Positions 13,003 through 22,560 of a stretch of DNA of 29,798 bases are shown here, piece after piece. The translations under genes were made by a program, and so were the position numbers. Positions within the stretch are counted from its first letter, which is position 1, and every line of letters begins with the position of its first letter. Origin of the DNA: Chiloscyllium plagiosum. Lineage: Eukaryota. Under the pieces are notes generated by a model. It had not been told where the DNA came from and made no database searches. It saw only the letters and a list, made by a program, of their open reading frames with translations. The stretch lies in the NCBI RefSeq assembly GCF_004010195.1, contig NC_057751.1:12788908-12818705 (forward strand), written 5' to 3'.

Positions 13003-13142
13003 CGTGTGTGTATGTATGAGAGAGTGTGTGTGCGTGAGTGAGTGTGCATGTATATGTGTGTGCGCCTGACTGTCTGTGTATGTATGTATGTCAGTCTCTG
13101 TGTGTGTCTCTGTGTGTGTGTGTGAGTGAGAGAGAGAGAGAG
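13003..13142. repeat. Compound (TG)n/(AG)n microsatellite
   Basis: Imperfect TG runs ending in an (AG)n run. Confidence 0.9.
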
Positions 13143-13714
13143 CCCTGACTGTGAACGGGGAGAAATGAGACGGTGTGTTGAACCAAGCGGATTGTGGTCT
13201 AACCCCGGGCTCGCCTTATTGCTGTCCAGCATTTGGTCTTGAGGGAGCGTGCCCCGGTCACACAGAGAGGAAAACGGACAGCGGCGGCACGGTCAGACTC
13301 AGCTCCATGTTGGAGACAGCGGATTGTCCCTGCCTGAAGCCGCCGGTGTCAGTGCGGCAACGATAGTAGAGAAGGCGCCGAAATCGCCAATGCGCTTCTG
13401 AGCATGAGGTTCAATAGCGAGGCCGCAGCGCGGGGCCAAGAACATGAGAACTTGGTCCGAACACTTTAGCAGAGAACCACACAGCAGCCCAGAACATGTC
13501 CTTCGGCCCATCAAGTCTGTACTACCAAAGCTACACCAAATCTAAATCTGTACGAGCCTCAGTTCAAAATGACCTCCCCGCAGCTGGTGTGTAGAAAAAG
13601 AGGGATGTGGAAACTGGACCGGGAGCCAGAGCGACACGGAGAGGCAGAGGCAGCGTTAGAAGCATCAGGAGAGGAAGGCAGCATTCAGAGAGGTGTACAA
13701 GCATTTCGAGTCAG

Positions 13715-14105
13715 AGGGTCATGACTTTAGCCCAACCAATCCATGCCGACCATAATCCCGGATTACAGTAGGCCCTCCTGCCTCCAAATATTTCTTATTC
13801 ATGTACTTACCCAAATGTATTTTAAACATTGTAACTACACCCGCTCCTAACACTTCCTCTGGAAGTTCATTCCATTTACAAACCACTCTCTGTGCAAAAA
13901 CAAAAGTTGCCCCTCAAGTCTTTTTAAAATCTTTCTCCTCTCATATTGAAATATGCCCCCAGTCCTGAAATCCCCCCACCCTCGCGAAAAGACACCTGGT
14001 CGATCACCTTATCTATACCCCTCACGCTTTAAAAAAAAAAGTCACTCCTTAACCTCTCCTGCTCTGGTGAACAGTGACAAAAGAAGTCCCAGCCTTTCCT
14101 TGCAA
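13715..14105 (-). mobile_element. CR1/HER1-like LINE 3' fragment just inside intron 1
   Basis: Plus strand CCAATCCATGCCGACC...CACTTCCTCTGGAAGTTCATTCCA...AAAAGTTGCCCCTCAAGTC is the reverse complement of the same CR1 3' region. Confidence 0.85.
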
Positions 14106-14150
14106 GCTGTTGGCACGGTTCAAACTTGCGCCTCGGGGTAGAAAGCTCAC

Positions 14151-14536
14151 CTGTCCAGGGCGATAGCAGTCATTGAATAGATGCTGGCGAACATGGCAGT
14201 GATGGGGAAGAAGTTGTGGAAACGACAGTAGCCGAGGCCGAAGTACCATTCGTTGTGGATGCCGTAGACAAAGTTGATGACAGCATTGAAAGCAGCCACC
14301 GAGCACTCGGTGAAAGCCAGGTTGACCAAGAAGTAGTTGGTCACTGTCCGCATCCTCTTGTGGGCCAGAATAATCCACATGACCACCAGGTTCCCGCAGA
14401 CTCCCACCACCACGATAATGGAGTAGGCGAGCGCCCACAGAGCAATCTGCCACTTGGGCTGCAGGAATTTAGTGTCGAGTTCCTCGGTCTGGTTCCCTGG
14501 CTCAGAGTCATTCCCTTGCCACACATTCAGCTCCAT
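14151..14536 (-). CDS. TACR1: Tachykinin receptor coding exon 1 (N-terminus, TM1-TM3), NK1R/substance P receptor-like GPCR
   Basis: Translates to [38 protein letters not shown]...[37 protein letters not shown]...[36 protein letters not shown]. The ATG has a strong Kozak context (CACCATGG). The exon ends GAC AG|GTGAGC (donor GT at 14150-14149, phase 2 within the R of DRY), as in vertebrate TACR genes. [12 protein letters not shown], Glu 2.50, HNEWY and FHNFFP are NK1R-type. Family is near-certain; exact paralog is less so (~0.65). Confidence 0.92.
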
Positions 14537-14594
14537 GGTGAGAGAGCACTGCAAGTCACCGTCTCTTCCGTCAGATCTTGCTCACTGCAGAAGC

Positions 14595-14603
14595 TCACTG
14601 CAT
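14595..14603 (-). other. uORF2, minimal (ATG CAG TGA)
   Basis: Read directly on the minus strand; out of frame with the main ATG. Confidence 0.45.
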
Positions 14604-14657
14604 GTCACAGGGGGACAGTCTCTCCCCCACCCTCCTCCGCTTCTCGGCCGCTTTTAG

Positions 14658-14705
14658 CTAATAGCTTTCTGGTCGGGTCCCTGAGAAAAAACTCTGCAGA
14701 GCCAT
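14658..14705 (-). other. uORF1 in predicted 5' UTR (MALQSFFSGTRPESY*)
   Basis: ATG at 14705 in context GAAATGG, TAG at 14660-14658. It lies between the predicted TSS and the main ATG. Confidence 0.5.
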
Positions 14706-14726
14706 TTCTTGCTCTGGAGTCGGGGA

Positions 14727-14752
14727 GTGTATGTGTGTGTGCGTGAGAGAGA
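14727..14752. repeat. Short (TG)n(AG)n microsatellite in predicted 5' UTR
   Basis: GTGTATGTGTGTGTGCGTGAGAGAGA. Confidence 0.75.
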
Positions 14753-14839
14753 AGGCGTGAAACCTCGGGCTCCAACACACACGTGTTGACTCTGGCAGCC
14801 TGACAGACAGACACCGGGAAATAGCAGAAGGCTGGTCTC

Positions 14840-14868
14840 TTTAAAACCCAATTGCACAGGAGACGTCA
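14840..14868 (-). promoter_or_regulatory. Proximal promoter: CRE-like TGACGTCT followed by TATA-like TTTTAAA
   Basis: The minus strand reads TGACGTCT-CCTGTGCAATTGGG-TTTTAAA-GAG, ~300 bp upstream of the receptor ATG, in a GC/CpG-rich stretch. It implies a TSS near 14810-14815. Confidence 0.7.
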
Positions 14869-15759
14869 GTGCTCCGGGGAGGGCAGGAGCGAAAGGAGGA
14901 CCACCCTTCATCCCTCACCGACTTGCTCGCCCCAACATTCTCCAGAAAGGGAGCCAAGAGAGGAATCTCTCCAATGACTGCCTTAATCCTCTAAGTCGGC
15001 GAAACGTTCAGTCCTGGTGAAGTATGATCTACGATTAAACAACAAGTGACGGCTTTGAATGCGCATTGTAGCTGCATCGCCACCTTCGGTCTGAATCATT
15101 TCTTGATCTAATTTCCAAGAGGGTCCAGTTAAACTGCGTTCAGCACTCTGCAGCTGACCAGCCTTCACAGCCAGCTCCTGGCTGCTTGGTTTCAGTTCTC
15201 ACTGTGTTCATATTACGGCTTCCACTAGCATTCCATTCGTTCAATCGCCTCCTCTCTCCGTTTTGGGGGCTCGGTACAATTCTGTCTGGAAGCCCCGTCC
15301 TGCAATTAACCAAAACAGCAGCAAACAGCCCTAGGAGTCGAAACGTGTGCACGAGGGATTGAGAGGCAGTCAAACAATTAGAAATTTCGATGGCGAATTA
15401 TTGAACAGACAAGTAAAGTCTATTGTCATTTATTTTGCTCTTAAAACGAAGGATGAACACATCCAGAGTAACTTAACAGTATTGTTCCATGACTAAATCC
15501 CGTCCATATAATTGCCAGTATTAAACACTGTGTAGGAAACCAGTCACTGTCGATTCTGTTGAATCTAGACCTCTGCTCCTATCCTGTCCCAGTATCCCGA
15601 TAATAAACTGGCAAAAAATGTCTACCCTTCATGCTGTGAGAAGACAGCCAGTAATCTAATTCAGGGATAACGTCTCCTCCCAACAATTCTAATCGTTTTC
15701 TTTGGTTCTTTGAGCAAGAATCTGGAATTCATATTCTGTGTCCACTGCTCAAATACCAT

Positions 15760-16413
15760 TGTAATGATGCTACATTTTAAAAAGATTATTTTGTCTTGGT
15801 TTTATTTTTAAGAGAAGTTGTAAAGACAGAGGTGCAGAAGTGGCCACTGGAGAGAACCTAAGTCAACAATCAGTGGAAGCGTTCAGGTTTTTTAAAAATA
15901 TAGTTGTAACAATGAAAGGAGAGTGGCCAGCTCTCATACATCAAGCTTTCTAGTTTCTTTTAGCCGGAGCAGTCAGAAGGTGTTTGCGGTCCCAGAAGAG
16001 TTGGGGCTTCAGTAAATGATTCCCAGCTGCTACTTTCTCTGAAATCTCTCTTGATGTTGTTTCCTCCTGGACTGAAGAATTGCCTGTAAGAATCTGTGTC
16101 TGAATTTACCTTTTTGCCAAGGGGTTTGTTTGTGGGGTGTTACTATCTTGGAACAATTAATTAGCAATATGTACTGGACCTATTATTTTGTTAAGTTTTC
16201 CAATAGTTGAGTTATTTTAAATTCCTCTTTCTTTGTTTGTAGTTTAACTCCAGTTTTCAAATAAATTGCATTTTGCTTAATGTCAAGTGGTTTGACCAAT
16301 CGCATCACATCTGGAACACACACTTCACACCTACCTTTAAAATAAGAAAAAAGTTAAGGTCTAGGCTACCTTCTTAAAATATCTTGAGGGGGTCTGGTCT
16401 GGTCCATTTTACA
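15760..16413 (+). mobile_element. Solo LTR-like element
   Basis: Begins TGTAA and ends TTACA (TG...CA, 5-bp inverted ends), with AATAAA ~150 bp from the right end. Homologous in reverse to 6097-6755. No TSD is recognisable. Confidence 0.7.
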
Positions 16414-16454
16414 GAATTTTGCATTCAAAGGAATGTGGGTTTGTTAACTGAACC

Positions 16455-17580
16455 AGCATTCATTTCCTATCCCTGATTGCCCTGAAGAAGGCCATGGTGC
16501 TTACTTGAATCAATGCAGTCAATGCACTGTTGGTAGATCCACAGTATTCTCAGGAGGGGAATTCCAGGATTTTTAACAAGCAACTCTGAAGGAATGTCAA
16601 TATATTTCCAAACAAGAATAGTAAGTGGCTTGGAATAGATGCTGCAGGTGGTGATATTCCCATATATCTGCTGCACTCTGTCCTTCTAAGTGGTTGAGGT
16701 TCTGAGTTTGGAAGGTGCTGCCAGAGAAACCTTGGTGAACTGCAGTCTAGTTAATGGATGGTGCACACTGCCATATTGAGCATCAGTGGTGCAGGGAATC
16801 AATGTTGACAGTGGTGGACTGAGTGCTGATCAAGAGGGTTGCTTTGTCCTGGATGAATTCAAGCATCTCGAGTATTGCTGGAGTTGCACCTATCTAGCCA
16901 AATGGAGAGTGTTTCCACTTCTCACTTGTGTTTGATAAATGATGAAGATCAGCAGTAAGGAGACATGAGGTGAGTTATTTACTGCAGGATTCCTAATCTC
17001 TGATCTACACACAGTAGTCACATATCTTGTCGAATTTAGTTACTAGTCAATGGTAACCCCCAAGATATTGATAGTGGGGATTTAGAAATAGTATTGCCAT
17101 TGAATATCAAAGGCACCGGTTATGTTCTCTTTTGCTGGAGATTGACATTGCCTGGCATTAGAGTGATGCAAATGTTATTTGTCCCCTATCAACCTTGGTC
17201 TTGCTGCATATGGCTGCTTCAGTACTTGAGGAGTCACAAGTGGTGCTGAGTATTGTGCAATCATCAATGGACATCCCTACTTCTGATCTTATGAAGGAGA
17301 GAAGGCAATTGATGAAGCAGTTGAACATGACTGAGTCTCGGGCATTACCCTGAGTAACTTCTGCAGAGATGTCCTCAAGCTGTGAAGATTGACCTGCGAC
17401 AACTACAGTCATCTTCCATTGTGCTAGGGATGACTCCAACTGGCAAAGAGGATTTCTCATCATTCTCACTGGCCTTAGTTTTGCTGGGGCTCCTTGATGC
17501 CATACTTCATGATGCATACTTGATGTCAAGGACATTAACTCTCACCTCTGTGGTTCAGTTCTTATGTTTCTGTTTGGACA
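16455..17580 (-). mobile_element. Degenerate LINE family B, RT core to 3' end
   Basis: Minus-strand ORF 17158-17535 contains QGNARDSVMFNCFINCL...VGMSIDDCT, a decayed form of QGSVLGP..F..FINDL...FADD. The 3' part matches the other family B copies. Confidence 0.8.
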
Positions 17581-18718
17581 AAATACATAATGGTATTAAG
17601 CCAATGTTTATGCACTACACAAATTTCCTCCCATCTTCCCACCATTGATCAGAACCTGAATTAGGCCAACCCCATCAATGCTGTGGTTCTGAGTTACCTT
17701 CATGAGAAGAGACCATCATACTTGGACGAAGCATAACAATTCTGATGGTTAAAAGCCAACAAAAACATTTTTTTGCAACAACCAGCTATCCAGTCTGATG
17801 CCAAAAACTGCTCCTCTTACTCCAATGTTTTCAGATGTTTCACATAATTTGTTAACTTCAGCATTAAAAGTCCAAAAGAAATTATGAATCATAAAAGTAG
17901 TAGTTTCTCAGTCAATCCACTTCAGAACCCCAGTTGATGTCATTGGTTGATTGGGCACGTGTCTCTTGTTCTCTTCAGTTGATTGACATTCTCCTTGTGT
18001 CTTCCATTCTTGTCCACCAAATTACTATGAGCCACTGATGAGTAACCTGTAGTCACTAGCCATGTGCATGACAAGAGACATTTTGACCATTGATTTGCTT
18101 GCCATGATTAGTAGACAATCTGTTTCAGATTGGTTAGGTAATGGATATTCAATTTCTGAATTACTTCTTATAAAAATATTGGTCACCCTCACTTCCTGCT
18201 ACCTCCTATTTTATTCTCTGTTATGCCAATTTCTTTGTAAAATCATCCTCCTTTGCAACATACTTGTCTGTATCAACCTTCTACATCTTACACAATATTG
18301 CACCAATTAAGTCATTTAAGTGTCTGCTTATGTGTGTCTGTAGCATCATCCCCAAGTGATTAAATAATGTCCCAAATGCTACACATTAATACAGCTAAAC
18401 ATTCTCCAAAATTTCAAAGTCTAACAACACCTTTAATGTGAAAAACCATGTGTAACTCCAAAATAGCTGTTGATGCCGTGAACAAATTAAAGCTGAAAAC
18501 ATAGCACTTGTTACAAACTTGAAGTTACAAAACAAGCCAATTTGAAAATGGCTGCATCTTTAAGTAAAAGCTTATAACTCAAAGGATTTTCACATTAATT
18601 GTCATAGGTTTGCATTACTGTGAGCCTCCAAAACCAAAACACATTACTTTACTTTTGGCCTGTGCCATCTGGCTTTCTTCCTTACCAAAAGTTTTTAATA
18701 ATTAACAACAAGAGGCAT

Positions 18719-19700
18719 GTGACCCATGGTATGTCACAAGGATCAGTGCTGGGTCCACTGCTTTTCATCGTTTATATGAATGATTTGGAGTAAAATAGGA
18801 GGTATAGTTAATAAGTTTGCAGATGACACCAATATTGGTAGTGTAGTGGACAGTGATGAAGACCATCTCACAGTGCAATGGGACTTTGATCAGATGGGCC
18901 AGTGGGCTGAGGAGTGGCAGATGGAGTTTAATTTAGATAAATGTGAGGCATTGCTTTTTGGTAAGGCAAATCAGGGCCAATCCTATACAGTTAATTGTAG
19001 GGGCCTGGGGAATGTTGCTGAAGAAAGAGCCCTACAAGTGCAGGTGCATAATTCCTTGAAGGTGGAGTCACAAGTAGAGAGGGCGTTGATGAAGGCATTT
19101 GGCACAATTGTGACATCATGGTGTGGTGGTAGTGGATATTAGTGAGGCCACTTTTATAATATTGTGTACAATTCTGGTCAACTTTCTCTTGGAAAAATAT
19201 TGTTAAATTTGAGCTGATACAGAAAAGATTTCCAAGGATGTTACTGGGACTAGATGGTTTGAATTAAAGAGAGAGGCTGAATAGACTGGGGCTAATTTTC
19301 GTGAAGCATCGGAGGTTGAAAGATGACTTTATAGAGGTTTATAAAATCATGAGGGGCATGGATAGGATAAATAGCCAAGCGCTTTTTCCTAGGGTGGGGA
19401 GTCAAAAACTGGACAGCATAGATTTAAAGTGAGAGGGGAACGATTTGAAAAGGAACTGAGAGGTAACTTTTTCATGCAGAGGGTGGTGCACAAATGGAAT
19501 GAGCTGCCAGAGGAAGTGGTGGAGGCTGGTACAATTACAACATTTAAAAAACATCTGGATGGGTACATGAATAGGAAGGATTTTGAGGGATATGGGCCAA
19601 GTGCTGGCAAATGGAACTAGATCAGATTGGCATATCTGGTTGGCATGGACAGGTTGGACTGAAGGGTCTGTTTCTATGCTATTTGACTCTATGATGATTC
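18719..19700 (+). mobile_element. 5'-truncated CR1/HER1-like LINE (RT core to 3' tail), frameshifted
   Basis: QGSVLGPLLF..Y.NDL, KFADDTNIG, WAEEWQMEFNLDKCE, FFMQRVVHKWNELPEEVVEAGTITTFKKHLDGYM; tail GAAGGGTCTGTTTCTATGCT...GACTCTATGA. Confidence 0.93.
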
Positions 19701-19799
19701 TGTGAGGTCTTCTCTTTGCTATCCCACAGGATCAAGAACCAAACACACAATATCAACGTTTGTTGGTTGGACCTGCAATCCCCCACAGACCCACTTTTC

Positions 19800-20350
19800 C
19801 ACAAACTTCGACATCCAATATTTTCGCTCGTGTATGTCACAAACTCCGTTCTCTTACCATTGATTCCATCACTTTCCTTGCTAACAGTTTGAGTCCAAAT
19901 CAAACTGTTTGCAACCTTTGATCCCAGGATAAGCTACCAAGCATCAATCAGCTCTATTGCAAAGGCTGCCGAATTCCAGCTCTGTAACTATAGCCCAGCC
20001 TCGATTTCAACACATGTGGAAAGTTTAATCCATTCCTTTATTTTACCTGTAAATTATTGCAGCGCTTTCTCTCCATATATGTTGTTCACATCCTAACTTA
20101 TTATTCGCTCATCATCCATGTGGCACTGGCCGATATTGGCTGTCTGTCCAACGACAGCTGAAATGCCTATCTTTATTTGCAAATCACTGCAGCCGGCTTT
20201 AAGAGGTTCCTTTGAACCTACCTTTTGGTCCAAGGCTTGGGTCTTTCATCCCAATGTCTCTTTATGTGACTTTGTGTTCAAATTTGTTTGACAAAATATC
20301 TTTGAAACAATTTGGGAAGTTTTATTGCATTAAGTATGCTGTACAGACGC
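19800..20350 (+). mobile_element. Old L2-like fragments
   Basis: TTTGATCCCAGGATAAGC (FDPxxS), GGCTGCCGAATTCCAGCTCTGTAAC, and a tail TCTCTTTATGTGACTTTGTGTTCAAATTTG like 1409-1440. Confidence 0.45.
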
Positions 20351-20361
20351 AAATCATTGGC

Positions 20362-20435
20362 ACTTGGGAATTAGGCCAATTGGCCCTTCCCAGCTTGCTG
20401 TACCAATTGATAAAATCATCGCTGATCTCAGTATA
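20362..20435 (-). mobile_element. Old CR1-like 3' tail fragment
   Basis: Reverse complement AGATCAGCGATGATTTTATCAATTGG...GAAGGGCCAATTGGCCTAATTCC resembles CR1 tails. Confidence 0.5.
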
Positions 20436-20476
20436 GCCTTTGCTGCATTTTCCTTTCTCCTTCCACCATGCCGATA

Positions 20477-20499
20477 CCCCCCCCCCCCCCCCACCCCCC
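20477..20499. repeat. Poly-C tract (C16-A-C6)
   Basis: Read directly from the sequence. Confidence 0.9.
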
Positions 20500-22264
20500 A
20501 AAACTTCCCCTACCTCGTCCCTTCACCTTGCTCAGCCTTGTCTGTCAAAACCATATCTAACTCTCCCTTCAATAGACAGGGCGAGAGGCTCAGTGTTCCC
20601 GCCTTAGACTTATTGTCTGACAAATACACACGGGTGGTTTTGTCTTGATTTCCCCCAATCGCTCTTCTTCCAGCTCTTATCCTGTTTATTTCGCTTTTGC
20701 GTCGCTGCTTTCCCACACTTTCTTATATTCCCCCCCGCCACCGCAAAATTTATTTCATTTGCCCTGTTTCACCATTTTTTGTTTATTCTGCTCATTGCTT
20801 GATGATCACCAATCCAAAATTGTGCAGCGTGCACCACACCTCTGAGAACATCTTTTTCTTCCCTTCCAGGGCTACTGTTTTAAACCTGCTGGAGTCTGAC
20901 ATCAAAGAATATTCTGGCGTGAGGTTGTCTCTGCCAGTTAATTCCTTCGAGAAATCAATTCTCCATTGATTCAGGCTCGGGGAACCTCCCAGAGAGTGGC
21001 AGATGAATTGAGCCAGGGAAATGCACAGTGAGGAGGAAGCAGTGGGGGAATTGTTACAGTAAAACGGGTTGAAGTTTCCCGAATTATCGGGGTGTGACTG
21101 ATTTGACCATTCCCCACGCCCAAAAACGTTTTCCTTTTCTGTCCTATGATCGGAGATGTAATTTTCATGAGGAATAAATGCAGCAGAAATGACAAAGAAA
21201 TGTTACACACTGCCGCTCAATTACAGCAAACTATCGACTCGCGGGGAGACGTGGCCTTGCATTAATATGAGCGCTGCTAAACCTACAGGATTGAGCTGAA
21301 GACAATTCACTTTGATTCTCTGTGAGAAACCCTGGGGAAACATCAGGCGTTCAAAAATGTATTTGTCTTGTTTATTCATCTTCTTTGAACGCCTTCATTT
21401 ATTAATTATGAGAATATCCGGAAGGAAAAGGCTGTTTGGAGAAGGGTCGTCAAAGGTGCAAAGTCATATGCTGATATGCTTCTGCAGTAGATCTGGCAAA
21501 CCGGATTTACACAGCACCAGTCCTATACTGACCATACTGACCTACTTATAATGGAGGGAAGGTGGAAGACAATTTACACACGGCAAGAGACCAGCGAACA
21601 GTAAATTTCTAAATGTCCGGAACATTTTTTTTTGCTGAGGGATAGCTATTAAACAGGACACTTGGGCACTGTCATCTCCCTGCAGGATGATCCATTTCGA
21701 CTTTGTTAAATTAAAACAGGCGCAAGCCTTTTACTGCTTCAATAATTAATTATTCTTTCAAAGTTTATTTGATGAATAGGCATTGAGACATTATCGCCTT
21801 TCAAAATTGAACAGTTATTTTAAAAACTTATTAATTTATCGACCATGATGCTTTTCATTTAATTTTAATATTTACTTTGGCTCTGAGCCCATCAGTCTGG
21901 GAAATTCCAGGCATTTTTCCGGCATATTTGAATGTTAGTTGGATATCTGGTATCTCTTATAGTATGCTCCTGCACAGTCCCAGTATCAGGTGCATTCCAA
22001 TATAAGCAGGAGCCCCTGAACTGTACCATCCTGATCTCAGGTATGTTTCTGAATTGAGTCAAGTCCATGAGCTCCCTTTGTTTGTCTCATTCTCAGAGAC
22101 AATGAGAATGTTACCCACCTCCAATGGTACCCACCTCCCACTTTGCTCCCATTGCTTCTGCATTCCTCCAGCTTTTCAGCTATGGTAGATATATCACCCA
22201 AGCACAATGCTACCTAATCAATAACATCCTTTACTCTTTCCATTTTGCAGCATATTGTGGTACG

Positions 22265-22560
22265 CAATGAAGTTGTGGGTTCAAATCCCACTCTAGAGAT
22301 TTGAGCAACAATTTGGGCAAATACTTCTGTTTTCTGAGGAAATGCTGAGGTGCTGACTTTTCAGGGTCTGTTTCCGTGCTGTACATCTCTATGACTCTAT
22401 GACTGTTTATCTCATTGCTGCTTGTGAAATGGTGCTGAAGAAAATTGGTTGCAGTGTTTCCCACATTATAACGGTGTCTACAGTTCAAAAGTAGTTCCTT
22501 GGCTCTAAAGTGCTTTGAAATGTTTTGAGGGCATAAAAGATGCGATGTAAACAAGGACCC
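22265..22560 (+). mobile_element. Deu-domain SINE (SacSINE1/AmnSINE-like), with a short CR1 tail at 22363-22404
   Basis: B-box GGTTCAAATCC; TCATTGCTGCTTGTG...AAATTGGTTGCAGTGTTTCCCACATTATAAC...TTCAAAAGTAGTTC..TGGCTCTAAAGTGCTTTG. Confidence 0.7.

Noticed and set aside
1..14150. Receptor exon 2 (YMAIIHPL...)
   Set aside because: Not found by eye on the minus strand or in the ORF track; probably beyond the left edge. TBLASTN would settle it.
14526..14546. REST/NRSE-like TTCAGCTCCATGG over the start codon
   Set aside because: The right half (GGACAG) is mismatched, and the sequence is explained by coding and Kozak constraints.
14537..14554. ORF track's longer N-terminus (MQCSLT)
   Set aside because: It starts at a non-ATG (TTG) codon; the ATG at 14536 has an optimal Kozak context.
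14216..14746. 176-aa + strand ORF and other ORFs overlapping exon 1
   Set aside because: Antisense or alternate-frame shadows of a GC3-rich coding exon, with no recognisable domain.
16556..16565. GGGGAATTCC NF-kB match
   Set aside because: It falls in the LINE's WNSLP-coding segment, so it is explained by the repeat.
18035..18060. CTGATGAG hammerhead-like box (also CTGACGAG near 277)
   Set aside because: No stem II followed by GAAA.
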